A DNA stretch of 64,000 nucleotides from positions 17,980,001-18,044,000 of the forward strand of contig OZ059900.1 in the NCBI GenBank assembly GCA_964057225.1, written 5' to 3'. Positions within the stretch are counted from its first letter, which is position 1; each line of letters starts with the position of its first letter. This DNA is from Auanema rhodensis. Lineage: Eukaryota; Animalia; Nematoda. The translations under genes were made by a program, and so were the position numbers. Below the pieces are notes generated by a model. That model saw nothing but the letters and a program-made list of their open reading frames with translations. It ran no database searches and was not told where the DNA came from. Shown here one piece after another: positions 38,501-51,200 of this stretch.

Positions 38501-40356
38501 CGAAATTTCCAAAAACTGGTTTTCCAGCATAATAAAATATTTCTCATGGGAAATACTGTGTTTTTGTATTTTTATAGTGTTCAGCATGTAAAATGCTTCA
38601 TTTTAGTATGTAACACGCTGAAATTCGTTGCATTTGACGACTCATATGAACAAAAATCGATTTAATCAATATTAGCCATAAGGGGCGTGCCCTCAGAATA
38701 TGCTAATTTCCTTAATTTTCTAACCCCGGTTTTTTTGTCGTGAAAGTGGAATTAGACGTTGTAGGAACAATTTTGAGCTAGGTTTCATTGACATTGCATG
38801 AGTTTGAACACATGAAATCGTAAGTCAAAACCTTGTTTACAGCGAAATTTCCAAAAACTGGTTTTCCAGCATAATAAAATATTTCTCATGGGAAATACTG
38901 TGTTTTTGTATTTTTCTAGTGTTCAGCATGTAAAATGCTTCATTTTAGTATGTAACACGCTGAAATTCGTTGCATTTGACGACTCATATGAACAAAATAC
39001 GATTTAATCAATATTAGCCATAAGGGGCGTGCCCTCAGAATATGCTAATTTCCTTAATTTTCTAACCCCTGTTTTTTTGTCGTGAAAGTGGAACTAGACG
39101 TTGTACAAACAATTTTGAGCTAGGTTTCATTGACATTGCATGAGTTTGAACACATGAAATCGTAAGTCAAAACCTTGTTTACAGCGAAATTTCCAAAAAC
39201 TGGTTTTCCAGCATAATAAAATATTTCTCATGAGAAATACTGTGTTTTTGTATTTTTCTAGTGTTCAGCATGTAAAGTGCTTCATTTTAGTATGTAACAC
39301 GCTGCAATTCGTTGCATTTGACGACTCATATGAACAAAAATCGATTTAATCAATATTAGCCATAAGGGGCGTGCCCTCAGAATATGCTAATTTCCTTAAT
39401 TTTCTAACCCCTGTTTTTTTGTCGTGAAAGTGGAACTAGACGTTGTAGGAACAATTTTGAGCTAGGTTTCATTGACATTGCATGAGTTTGAACACATGAA
39501 ATCGTAAGTCAAAACCTTGTTTACAGCGAAATTTCCAAAAACTGGTTTTCCAGCATAATAAAATATTTCTCATGGGAAATACTGTGTTTTTGTATTTTTC
39601 TAGTGTTCAGCATGTGAAATGCTTCATTTTAGTATGTAACACGCTGAAATTCGTTGCATTTGACGACTCATATGAACAAAAATCGATTTAATCAATATTA
39701 GCCATAAGGGGCGTGCCCTCAGAATATGCTAATTTCCTTAATTTTCTAACCCCGGTTTTTTTGTCGTGAAAGTGGATTTAGACGTTGTAGGAACAATTTT
39801 GAGCTAGGTTTCATTGACATTGCATGAGTTTGAACACATGAAATCGTAAGTCAAAACCTTGTTTACAGCGAAATTTCCAAAAACTGGTTTTCCAGCATAA
39901 TAAAATATTTCTCATGGGAAATACTGTGTTTTTGTATTTTTCTAGTGTTCAGCATGTAGAATGCTTCATTTTAGTATGTAACACGCTGAAATTCGTTGCA
40001 TTTGACGACTCATATGAACAAAAATCGATTTAATCAATATTAGCCATAAGGGGCGTGCCCTCAGAATATGCTAATTTCCTTAATTTTCTAACCCCTGTTT
40101 TTTTGTCGTGAAAGTGGAACTAGACGTTGTAGGAACAATTTTGAGCTAGGTTTCATTGACATTGCATGAGTTTGAACACATGAAATCGTAAGTCAAAACC
40201 TTGTTTACAGCGAAATTTCCAAAAACTGGTTTTCCAGCATAATAAAATATTTCTCATGGGAAATACTGTGTTTTTGTATTTTTCTAGTGTTCAGCATGTA
40301 AAATGCTTCATTTTAGTATGTAACACGCTGAAATTCGTTGCATTTGACGACTCATA

Positions 40357-43300
40357 TGAACAAAAATCGATTTAATCAATATTAGCCATAAGGGGCGTGC
40401 CCTCAGAATATGCTAATTTCCTTAATTTTCTAACCCCTGTTTTTTTGTCGTGAAAGTGGAATTAGACGTTGTAGGAACAATTTTGAGCTAGGTTTCATTG
40501 ACATTGCATGAGTTTGAACGCATGAAATCGTAAGTCAAAACCTTGTTTACAGCGAAATTTCCAAAAACTGGTTTTCCAGCATAATAAAATATTTCTCATG
40601 GGAAATACTGTGTTTTTGTATTTTTATAGTGTTCAGCATGTAAAATGCTTCATTTTAGTATGTAACACGCTGAAATTCGTTGCATTTGACGACTCATATG
40701 AACAAAAATCGATTTAATCAATATTAGCCATAAGGGGCGTGCCCTCAGAATATGCTAATTTCCTTAATTTTCTAACCCCGGTTTTTTTGTCGTGAAAGTG
40801 GAATTAGACGTTGTAGGAACAATTTTGAGCTAGGTTTCATTGACATTGCATGAGTTTGAACACATGAAATCGTAAGTCAAAACCTTGTTTACAGCGAAAT
40901 TTCCAAAAACTGGTTTTCCAGCATAATAAAATATTTCTCATGGGAAATACTGTGTTTTTGTATTTTTCTAGTGTTCAGCATGTAAAATGCTTCATTTTAG
41001 TATGTAACACGCTGAAATTCGTTGCATTTGACGACTCATATGAACAAAATACGATTTAATCAATATTAGCCATAAGGGGCGTGCCCTCAGAATATGCTAA
41101 TTTCCTTAATTTTCTAACCCCTGTTTTTTTGTCGTGAAAGTGGAACTAGACGTTGTACAAACAATTTTGAGCTAGGTTTCATTGACATTGCATGAGTTTG
41201 AACACATGAAATCGTAAGTCAAAACCTTGTTTACAGCGAAATTTCCAAAAACTGGTTTTCCAGCATAATAAAATATTTCTCATGAGAAATACTGTGTTTT
41301 TGTATTTTTCTAGTGTTCAGCATGTAAAATGCTTCATTTTAGTATGTAACACGCTGAAATTCGTTGCATTTGACGACTCATATGAACAAAAATCGATTTA
41401 ATCAATATTAGCCATAAGGGGCGTGCCCTCAGAATATGCTAATTTCCTTAATTTTCTAACCCCTGTTTTTTTGTCGTGAAAGTGGAATTAGACGTTGTAG
41501 GAACAATTTTGAGCTAGGTTTCATTGACATTGCATGAGTTTGAACACATGAAATCGTAAGTCAAAACCTTGTTTACAGCGAAATTTCCAAAAACTGGTTT
41601 TCCAGCATAATAAAATATTTCTCATGAGAAATACTGTGTTTTTGTATTTTTCTAGTGTTCAGCATGTAAAATGCTTCATTTTAGTATGTAACACGATGAA
41701 ATTCGTTGCATTTGACGACTCATATGAACAAAAATCGATTTAATCAATATTAGCCATAAGGGGCGTGCCCTCAGAATATGCTAATTTCCTTAATTTTCTA
41801 ACCCCTGTTTTTTTGTCGTGAAAGTGGAACTAGACGTTGTACAAACAATTTTGAGCTAGGTTTCATTGACATTGCATGAGTTTGAACACATGAAATCGTA
41901 AGTCAAAACCTTGTTTACAGCGAAATTTCCAAAAACTGGTTTTCCAGCATAATAAAATATTTCTCATGAGAAATACTGTGTTTTTGTATTTTTCTAGTGT
42001 TCAGCATGTAAAATGCTTCATTTTAGTATGTAACACGATGAAATTCGTTGCATTTGACGACTCATATGAACAAAAATCGATTTAATCAATATTAGCCATA
42101 AGGGGCGTGCCCTCAGAATATGCTAATTTCATTAATTTTCTAACCCCTGTTTTTTTGTCGTGAAAGTGGAACTAGACGTTGTAGGAACAATTTTGAGCTA
42201 GGTTTCATTGACATTGCATGAGTTTGAACACATGAAATCGTAAGTCAAAACCTTGTTTACAGCGAAATTTCCAAAAACTGGTTTTCCAGCATAATAAAAT
42301 ATTTCTCATGGGAAATACTGTGTTTTTGTATTTTTCTAGTGTTCAGCATGTAAAATGCTTCATTTTAGTATGTAACACGCTGAAATTCGTTGCATTTGAC
42401 GACTCATATGAACAAAAATCGATTTAATCAATATTAGCCATAAGGGGCGTGCCCTCAGAATATGCTAATTTCCTTAATTTTCTAACCCCTGTTTTTTTGT
42501 CGTGAAAGTGGAACTAGACGTTGTACAAACAATTTTGAGCTAGGTTTCATTGACATTGCATGAGTTTGAACACATGAAATCGTAAGTCAAAACCTTGTTT
42601 ACAGCGAAATTTCCAAAAACTGGTTTTCCAGCATAATAAAATATTTCTCATGAGAAATACTGTGTTTTTGTATTTTTCTAGTGTTCAGCATGTAAAATGC
42701 TTCATTTTAGTATGTAACACGCTGAAATTCGTTGCATTTGACGACTCATATGAACAAAAATCGATTTAATCAATATTAGCCATAAGGGGCGTGCCCTCAG
42801 AATATGCTAATTTCCTTAATTTTCTAACCCCTGTTTTTTTGTCGTGAAAGTGGAACTAGACGTTGTAGGAACAATTCTGAGCTAGGTTTCATTGACATTG
42901 CATGAGTTTGAACACATGAAATCGTAAGTCAAAACCTTGTTTACAGCGAAATTTCCATAAACTGGTTTTCCAGCATAATAAAATATTTCTCATGGGAAAT
43001 ACTGTGTTTTTGTATTTTACTAGTGTTCAGCATGTGAAATGCTTCATTTTAGTATGTAACACGCTGAAATTCGTTGCATTTGACGACTCATATGAACAAA
43101 AATCGATTTAATCAATATTAGCCATAAGGGGCGTGCCCTCAGAATATGCTAATTTCCTTAATTTTCTAACCCCTGTTTTTTTGTCGTGAAAGTGGAACTA
43201 GACGTTGTACGAACAATTTTGAGCTAGGTTTCATTGACATTGCATGAGTTTGAACACATGAAATCGTAAGTCAAAACCTTGTTTACAGCGAAATTTCCAA

Positions 43301-46300
43301 AAACTGGTTTTCCAGCATAATAAAATATTTCTCATGAGAAATACTGTGTTTTTGTATTTTTCTAGTGTTCAGCATGTGAAATGCTTCATTTTAGTATGTA
43401 ACACGCTGAAATTCGTTGCATTTGACGACTCATATGAACAAAAATCGATTTAATCAATATTAGCCATAAGGGGCGTGCCCTCAGAATATGCTAATTTCCT
43501 TAATTTTCTAACCCCTGTTTTTTTGTCGTGAAAGTGGAACTGGACGTTGTAGGAACAATTTTGAGCTAGGTTTCATTGACATTGCATGAGTTTGAACACA
43601 TGAAATCGTAAGTCAAAACCTTGTTTACAGCGAAAATTCCAAAAACTGGTTTTCCAGCATAATAAAATATTTCTCATGGGAAATACTGTGTTTTTGTATT
43701 TTTCTAGTGTTCAGCATGTAAAATGCTTCATTTTAGTATGTAACACGCTGAAATTCGTTGCATTTGAAGACTCATATGAACAAAAATCGATTTAATCAAT
43801 ATTAGCCATAAGGGGCGTGCCCTCAGAATATGCTAATTTCCTTAATTTTCTAACCCCTGTTTTTTGTCGTGAAAGTGGAACTAGACGTTGTAGGAACAAT
43901 TTTGAGCTAGGTTTCATTGACATTGCATGAGTTTGAACACATGAAATCGTAAGTCAATACCTTGTTTACAGCGAAATTTCCAAAAACTGGTTTTCCAGCA
44001 TAATAAAATATTTCTCATGGGAAATACTGTGTTTTTGTATTTTTCTAGTGTTCAGCATGTAAAATACTTCATTTTAGTATGTAACACGCTGAAATTCGTT
44101 GCATTTGACGACTCATATGAACAAAAATCGATTTAATCAATATTAGCCATAAGGGGCGTGCCCTCAGAATATGCTAATTTCCTAAATTTTCTAACCCCTG
44201 TTTTTTTGTCGTGAAAGTGGAACTAGACGTTGTAGGAACAATTTTGAGCTAGGTTTCATTGACATTGCATGAGTTTGAACACATGAAATCGTAAGTCAAA
44301 ACCTTGTTTACAGCGAAATTTCCAAAAACTGGTTTTCCAGCATAATAAAATATTTCTCATGGGAAATACTGTGTTTTTGTATTTTTCTAGTGTTCAGCAT
44401 GTGAAATGCTTCATTTTAGTATGTAACACGCTGAAATTCGTTGCATTTGACGACTCATATGAACAAAAATCGATTTAATCAATATTAGCCATAAGCGGCG
44501 TGCCCTCAGAATATGCTAATTTCCTTAATTTTCTAACCCCGGTTTTTTTGTCGTGAAAGTGGAATTAGACGTTGTAGGAACAATTTTGAGCTAGGTTTCA
44601 TTGACATTGCATGAGTTTGAACACATGAAATCGTAAGTCAAAACCTTGTTTACAGCGAAATTTCCAAAAACTGGTTTTCCAGCATAATAAAATATTTCTC
44701 ATGGGAAATACTGTGTTTTTGTATTTTTCTAGTGTTCAGCATGTAGAATGCTTCATTTTAGTATGTAACACGCTGAAATTCGTTGCATTTGACGACTCAT
44801 ATGAACAAAAATCGATTTAATCAATATTAGCCATAAGGGGCGTGCCCTCAGAATATGCTAATTTCCTTAATTTTCTAACCCCTGTTTTTTTGTCGTGAAA
44901 GTGGAACTAGACGTTGTAGGAACAATTTTGAGCTAGGTTTCATTGACATTGCATGAGTTTGAACACATGAAATCGTAAGTCAAAACCTTGTTTACAGCGA
45001 AATTTCCAAAAACTGGTTTTCCAGCATAATAAAATATTTCTCATGGGAAATACTGTGTTTTTGTATTTTTCTAGTGTTCAGCATGTAAAATGCTTCATTT
45101 TAGTATGTAACACGCTGAAATTCGTTGCATTTGACGACTCATATGAACAAAAATCGATTTAATCAATATTAGCCATAAGGGGCGTGCCCTCAGAATATGC
45201 TAATTTCCTTAATTTTCTAACCCCTGTTTTTTTGTCGTGAAAGTGGAATTAGACGTTGTAGGAACAATTTTGAGCTAGGTTTCATTGACATTGCATGAGT
45301 TTGAACGCATGAAATCGTAAGTCAAAACCTTGTTTACAGCGAAATTTCCAAAAACTGGTTTTCCAGCATAATAAAATATTTCTCATGGGAAATACTGTGT
45401 TTTTGTATTTTTCTAGTGTTCAGCATGTAGAATGCTTCATTTTAGTATGTAACACGCTGAAATTCGTTGCATTTGACGACTCATATGAACAAAAATCGAT
45501 TTAATCAATATTAGCCATAAGGGGCGTGCCCTCAGAATATGCTAATTTCCTTAATTTTCTAACCCCTGTTTTTTTGTCGTGAAAGTGGAACTAGACGTTG
45601 TAGGAACAATTTTGAGCTAGGTTTCATTGACATTGCATGAGTTTGAACACATGAAATCGTAAGTCAAAACCTTGTTTACAGCGAAATTTCCAAAAACTGG
45701 TTTTCCAGCATAATAAAATATTTCTCATGGGAAATACTGTGTTTTTGTATTTTTCTAGTGTTCAGCATGTAAAATGCTTCATTTTAGTATGTAACACGCT
45801 GAAATTCGTTGCATTTGACGACTCATATGAACAAAAATCGATTTAATCAATATTAGCCATAAGGGGCGTGCCCTCAGAATATGCTAATTTCCTTAATTTT
45901 CTAACCCCTGTTTTTTTGTCGTGAAAGTGGAATTAGACGTTGTAGGAACAATTTTGAGCTAGGTTTCATTGACATTGCATGAGTTTGAACGCATGAAATC
46001 GTAAGTCAAAACCTTGTTTACAGCGAAATTTCCAAAAACTGGTTTTCCAGCATAATAAAATATTTCTCATGGGAAATACTGTGTTTTTGTATTTTTATAG
46101 TGTTCAGCATGTAAAATGCTTCATTTTAGTATGTAACACGCTGAAATTCGTTGCATTTGACGACTCATATGAACAAAAATCGATTTAATCAATATTAGCC
46201 ATAAGGGGCGTGCCCTCAGAATATGCTAATTTCCTTAATTTTCTAACCCCGGTTTTTTTGTCGTGAAAGTGGAATTAGACGTTGTAGGAACAATTTTGAG

Positions 46301-46511
46301 CTAGGTTTCATTGACATTGCATGAGTTTGAACACATGAAATCGTAAGTCAAAACCTTGTTTACAGCGAAATTTCCAAAAACTGGTTTTCCAGCATAATAA
46401 AATATTTCTCATGGGAAATACTGTGTTTTTGTATTTTTCTAGTGTTCAGCATGTAAAATGCTTCATTTTAGTATGTAACACGCTGAAATTCGTTGCATTT
46501 GACGACTCATA
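40357..46511. repeat. 18-monomer block, copy 1 (M119-136); copy 2 at 48222-54376 (offset 7865 bp = 23 monomers minus 1 bp)
   Basis: The same rare markers occur in the same order: AAAATACG, ATTCTG/CCATAA/TTTTAC, GTACGAA, GAAAATTCC/GAAGA, the T6 deletion with AAATACTT, CCTAAA and AAGCGGC. Confidence 0.88.
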
Positions 46512-48221
46512 TGAACAAAAATCGATTTAATCAATATTAGCCATAAGGGGCGTGCCCTCAGAATATGCTAATTTCCTTAATTTTCTAACCCCGGTTTTTT
46601 TGTCGTGAAAGTGGATTTAGACGTTGTAGGAACAATTTTGAGCTAGGTTTCATTGACATTGCATGAGTTTGAACACATGAAATCGTAAGTCAAAACCTTG
46701 TTTACAGCGAAATTTCCAAAAACTGGTTTTCCAGCATAATAAAATATTTCTCATGGGAAATACTGTGTTTTTGTATTTTTCTAGTGTTCAGCATGTAGAA
46801 TGCTTCATTTTAGTATGTAACACGCTGAAATTCGTTGCATTTGACGACTCATATGAACAAAAATCGATTTAATCAATATTAGCCATAAGGGGCGTGCCCT
46901 CAGAATATGCTAATTTCCTTAATTTTCTAACCCCTGTTTTTTTGTCGTGAAAGTGGAACTAGACGTTGTAGGAACAATTTTGAGCTAGGTTTCATTGACA
47001 TTGCATGAGTTTGAACACATGAAATCGTAAGTCAAAACCTTGTTTACAGCGAAATTTCCAAAAACTGGTTTTCCAGCATAATAAAATATTTCTCATGGGA
47101 AATACTGTGTTTTTGTATTTTTCTAGTGTTCAGCATGTAAAATGCTTCATTTTAGTATGTAACACGCTGAAATTCGTTGCATTTGACGACTCATATGAAC
47201 AAAAATCGATTTAATCAATATTAGCCATAAGGGGCGTGCCCTCAGAATATGCTAATTTCCTTAATTTTCTAACCCCTGTTTTTTTGTCGTGAAAGTGGAA
47301 TTAGACGTTGTAGGAACAATTTTGAGCTAGGTTTCATTGACATTGCATGAGTTTGAACGCATGAAATCGTAAGTCAAAACCTTGTTTACAGCGAAATTTC
47401 CAAAAACTGGTTTTCCAGCATAATAAAATATTTCTCATGGGAAATACTGTGTTTTTGTATTTTTATAGTGTTCAGCATGTAAAATGCTTCATTTTGGTAT
47501 GTAACACGCTGAAATTCGTTGCATTTGACGACTCATATGAACAAAAATCGATTTAATCAATATTAGCCATAAGGGGCGTGCCCTCAGAATATGCTAATTT
47601 CCTTAATTTTCTAACCCCTGTTTTTTTGTCGTGAAAGTGGAACTAGACGTTGTAGGAACAATTCTGAGCTAGGTTTCATTGACATTGCATGAGTTTGAAC
47701 ACATGAAATCGTAAGTCAAAACCTTGTTTACAGCGAAATTTCCATAAACTGGTTTTCCAGCATAATAAAATATTTCTCATGGGAAATACTGTGTTTTTGT
47801 ATTTTACTAGTGTTCAGCATGTGAAATGCTTCATTTTAGTATGTAACACGCTGAAATTCGTTGCATTTGACGACTCATATGAACAAAAATCGATTTAATC
47901 AATATTAGCCATAAGGGGCGTGCCCTCAGAATATGCTAATTTCCTTAATTTTCTAACCCCTGTTTTTTTGTCGTGAAAGTGGAACTAGACGTTGTACGAA
48001 CAATTTTGAGCTAGGTTTCATTGACATTGCATGAGTTTGAACACATGAAATCGTAAGTCAAAACCTTGTTTACAGCGAAATTTCCAAAAACTGGTTTTCC
48101 AGCATAATAAAATATTTCTCATGAGAAATACTGTGTTTTTGTATTTTTCTAGTGTTCAGCATGTGAAATGCTTCATTTTAGTATGTAACACGCTGAAATT
48201 CGTTGCATTTGACGACTCATA

Positions 48222-51200
48222 TGAACAAAAATCGATTTAATCAATATTAGCCATAAGGGGCGTGCCCTCAGAATATGCTAATTTCCTTAATTTTCTAACC
48301 CCTGTTTTTTTGTCGTGAAAGTGGAATTAGACGTTGTAGGAACAATTTTGAGCTAGGTTTCATTGACATTGCATGAGTTTGAACGCATGAAATCGTAAGT
48401 CAAAACCTTGTTTACAGCGAAATTTCCAAAAACTGGTTTTCCAGCATAATAAAATATTTCTCATGGGAAATACTGTGTTTTTGTATTTTTATAGTGTTCA
48501 GCATGTAAAATGCTTCATTTTAGTATGTAACACGCTGAAATTCGTTGCATTTGACGACTCATATGAACAAAAATCGATTTAATCAATATTAGCCATAAGG
48601 GGCGTGCCCTCAGAATATGCTAATTTCCTTAATTTTCTAACCCCGGTTTTTTTGTCGTGAAAGTGGAATTAGACGTTGTAGGAACAATTTTGAGCTAGGT
48701 TTCATTGACATTGCATGAGTTTGAACACATGAAATCGTAAGTCAAAACCTTGTTTACAGCGAAATTTCCAAAAACTGGTTTTCCAGCATAATAAAATATT
48801 TCTCATGGGAAATACTGTGTTTTTGTATTTTTCTAGTGTTCAGCATGTAAAATGCTTCATTTTAGTATGTAACACGCTGAAATTCGTTGCATTTGACGAC
48901 TCATATGAACAAAATACGATTTAATCAATATTAGCCATAAGGGGCGTGCCCTCAGAATATGCTAATTTCCTTAATTTTCTAACCCCTGTTTTTTTGTCGT
49001 GAAAGTGGAACTAGACGTTGTACAAACAATTTTGAGCTAGGTTTCATTGACATTGCATGAGTTTGAACACATGAAATCGTAAGTCAAAACCTTGTTTACA
49101 GCGAAATTTCCAAAAACTGGTTTTCCAGCATAATAAAATATTTCTCATGAGAAATACTGTGTTTTTGTATTTTTCTAGTGTTCAGCATGTAAAATGCTTC
49201 ATTTTAGTATGTAACACGCTGAAATTCGTTGCATTTGACGACTCATATGAACAAAAATCGATTTAATCAATATTAGCCATAAGGGGCGTGCCCTCAGAAT
49301 ATGCTAATTTCCTTAATTTTCTAACCCCTGTTTTTTTGTCGTGAAAGTGGAATTAGACGTTGTAGGAACAATTTTGAGCTAGGTTTCATTGACATTGCAT
49401 GAGTTTGAACACATGAAATCGTAAGTCAAAACCTTGTTTACAGCGAAATTTCCAAAAACTGGTTTTCCAGCATAATAAAATATTTCTCATGAGAAATACT
49501 GTGTTTTTGTATTTTTCTAGTGTTCAGCATGTAAAATGCTTCATTTTAGTATGTAACACGATGAAATTCGTTGCATTTGACGACTCATATGAACAAAAAT
49601 CGATTTAATCAATATTAGCCATAAGGGGCGTGCCCTCAGAATATGCTAATTTCCTTAATTTTCTAACCCCTGTTTTTTTGTCGTGAAAGTGGAACTAGAC
49701 GTTGTACAAACAATTTTGAGCTAGGTTTCATTGACATTGCATGAGTTTGAACACATGAAATCGTAAGTCAAAACCTTGTTTACAGCGAAATTTCCAAAAA
49801 CTGGTTTTCCAGCATAATAAAATATTTCTCATGAGAAATACTGTGTTTTTGTATTTTTCTAGTGTTCAGCATGTAAAATGCTTCATTTTAGTATGTAACA
49901 CGATGAAATTCGTTGCATTTGACGACTCATATGAACAAAAATCGATTTAATCAATATTAGCCATAAGGGGCGTGCCCTCAGAATATGCTAATTTCATTAA
50001 TTTTCTAACCCCTGTTTTTTTGTCGTGAAAGTGGAACTAGACGTTGTAGGAACAATTTTGAGCTAGGTTTCATTGACATTGCATGAGTTTGAACACATGA
50101 AATCGTAAGTCAAAACCTTGTTTACAGCGAAATTTCCAAAAACTGGTTTTCCAGCATAATAAAATATTTCTCATGGGAAATACTGTGTTTTTGTATTTTT
50201 CTAGTGTTCAGCATGTAAAATGCTTCATTTTAGTATGTAACACGCTGAAATTCGTTGCATTTGACGACTCATATGAACAAAAATCGATTTAATCAATATT
50301 AGCCATAAGGGGCGTGCCCTCAGAATATGCTAATTTCCTTAATTTTCTAACCCCTGTTTTTTTGTCGTGAAAGTGGAACTAGACGTTGTACAAACAATTT
50401 TGAGCTAGGTTTCATTGACATTGCATGAGTTTGAACACATGAAATCGTAAGTCAAAACCTTGTTTACAGCGAAATTTCCAAAAACTGGTTTTCCAGCATA
50501 ATAAAATATTTCTCATGAGAAATACTGTGTTTTTGTATTTTTCTAGTGTTCAGCATGTAAAATGCTTCATTTTAGTATGTAACACGCTGAAATTCGTTGC
50601 ATTTGACGACTCATATGAACAAAAATCGATTTAATCAATATTAGCCATAAGGGGCGTGCCCTCAGAATATGCTAATTTCCTTAATTTTCTAACCCCTGTT
50701 TTTTTGTCGTGAAAGTGGAACTAGACGTTGTAGGAACAATTCTGAGCTAGGTTTCATTGACATTGCATGAGTTTGAACACATGAAATCGTAAGTCAAAAC
50801 CTTGTTTACAGCGAAATTTCCATAAACTGGTTTTCCAGCATAATAAAATATTTCTCATGGGAAATACTGTGTTTTTGTATTTTACTAGTGTTCAGCATGT
50901 GAAATGCTTCATTTTAGTATGTAACACGCTGAAATTCGTTGCATTTGACGACTCATATGAACAAAAATCGATTTAATCAATATTAGCCATAAGGGGCGTG
51001 CCCTCAGAATATGCTAATTTCCTTAATTTTCTAACCCCTGTTTTTTTGTCGTGAAAGTGGAACTAGACGTTGTACGAACAATTTTGAGCTAGGTTTCATT
51101 GACATTGCATGAGTTTGAACACATGAAATCGTAAGTCAAAACCTTGTTTACAGCGAAATTTCCAAAAACTGGTTTTCCAGCATAATAAAATATTTCTCAT

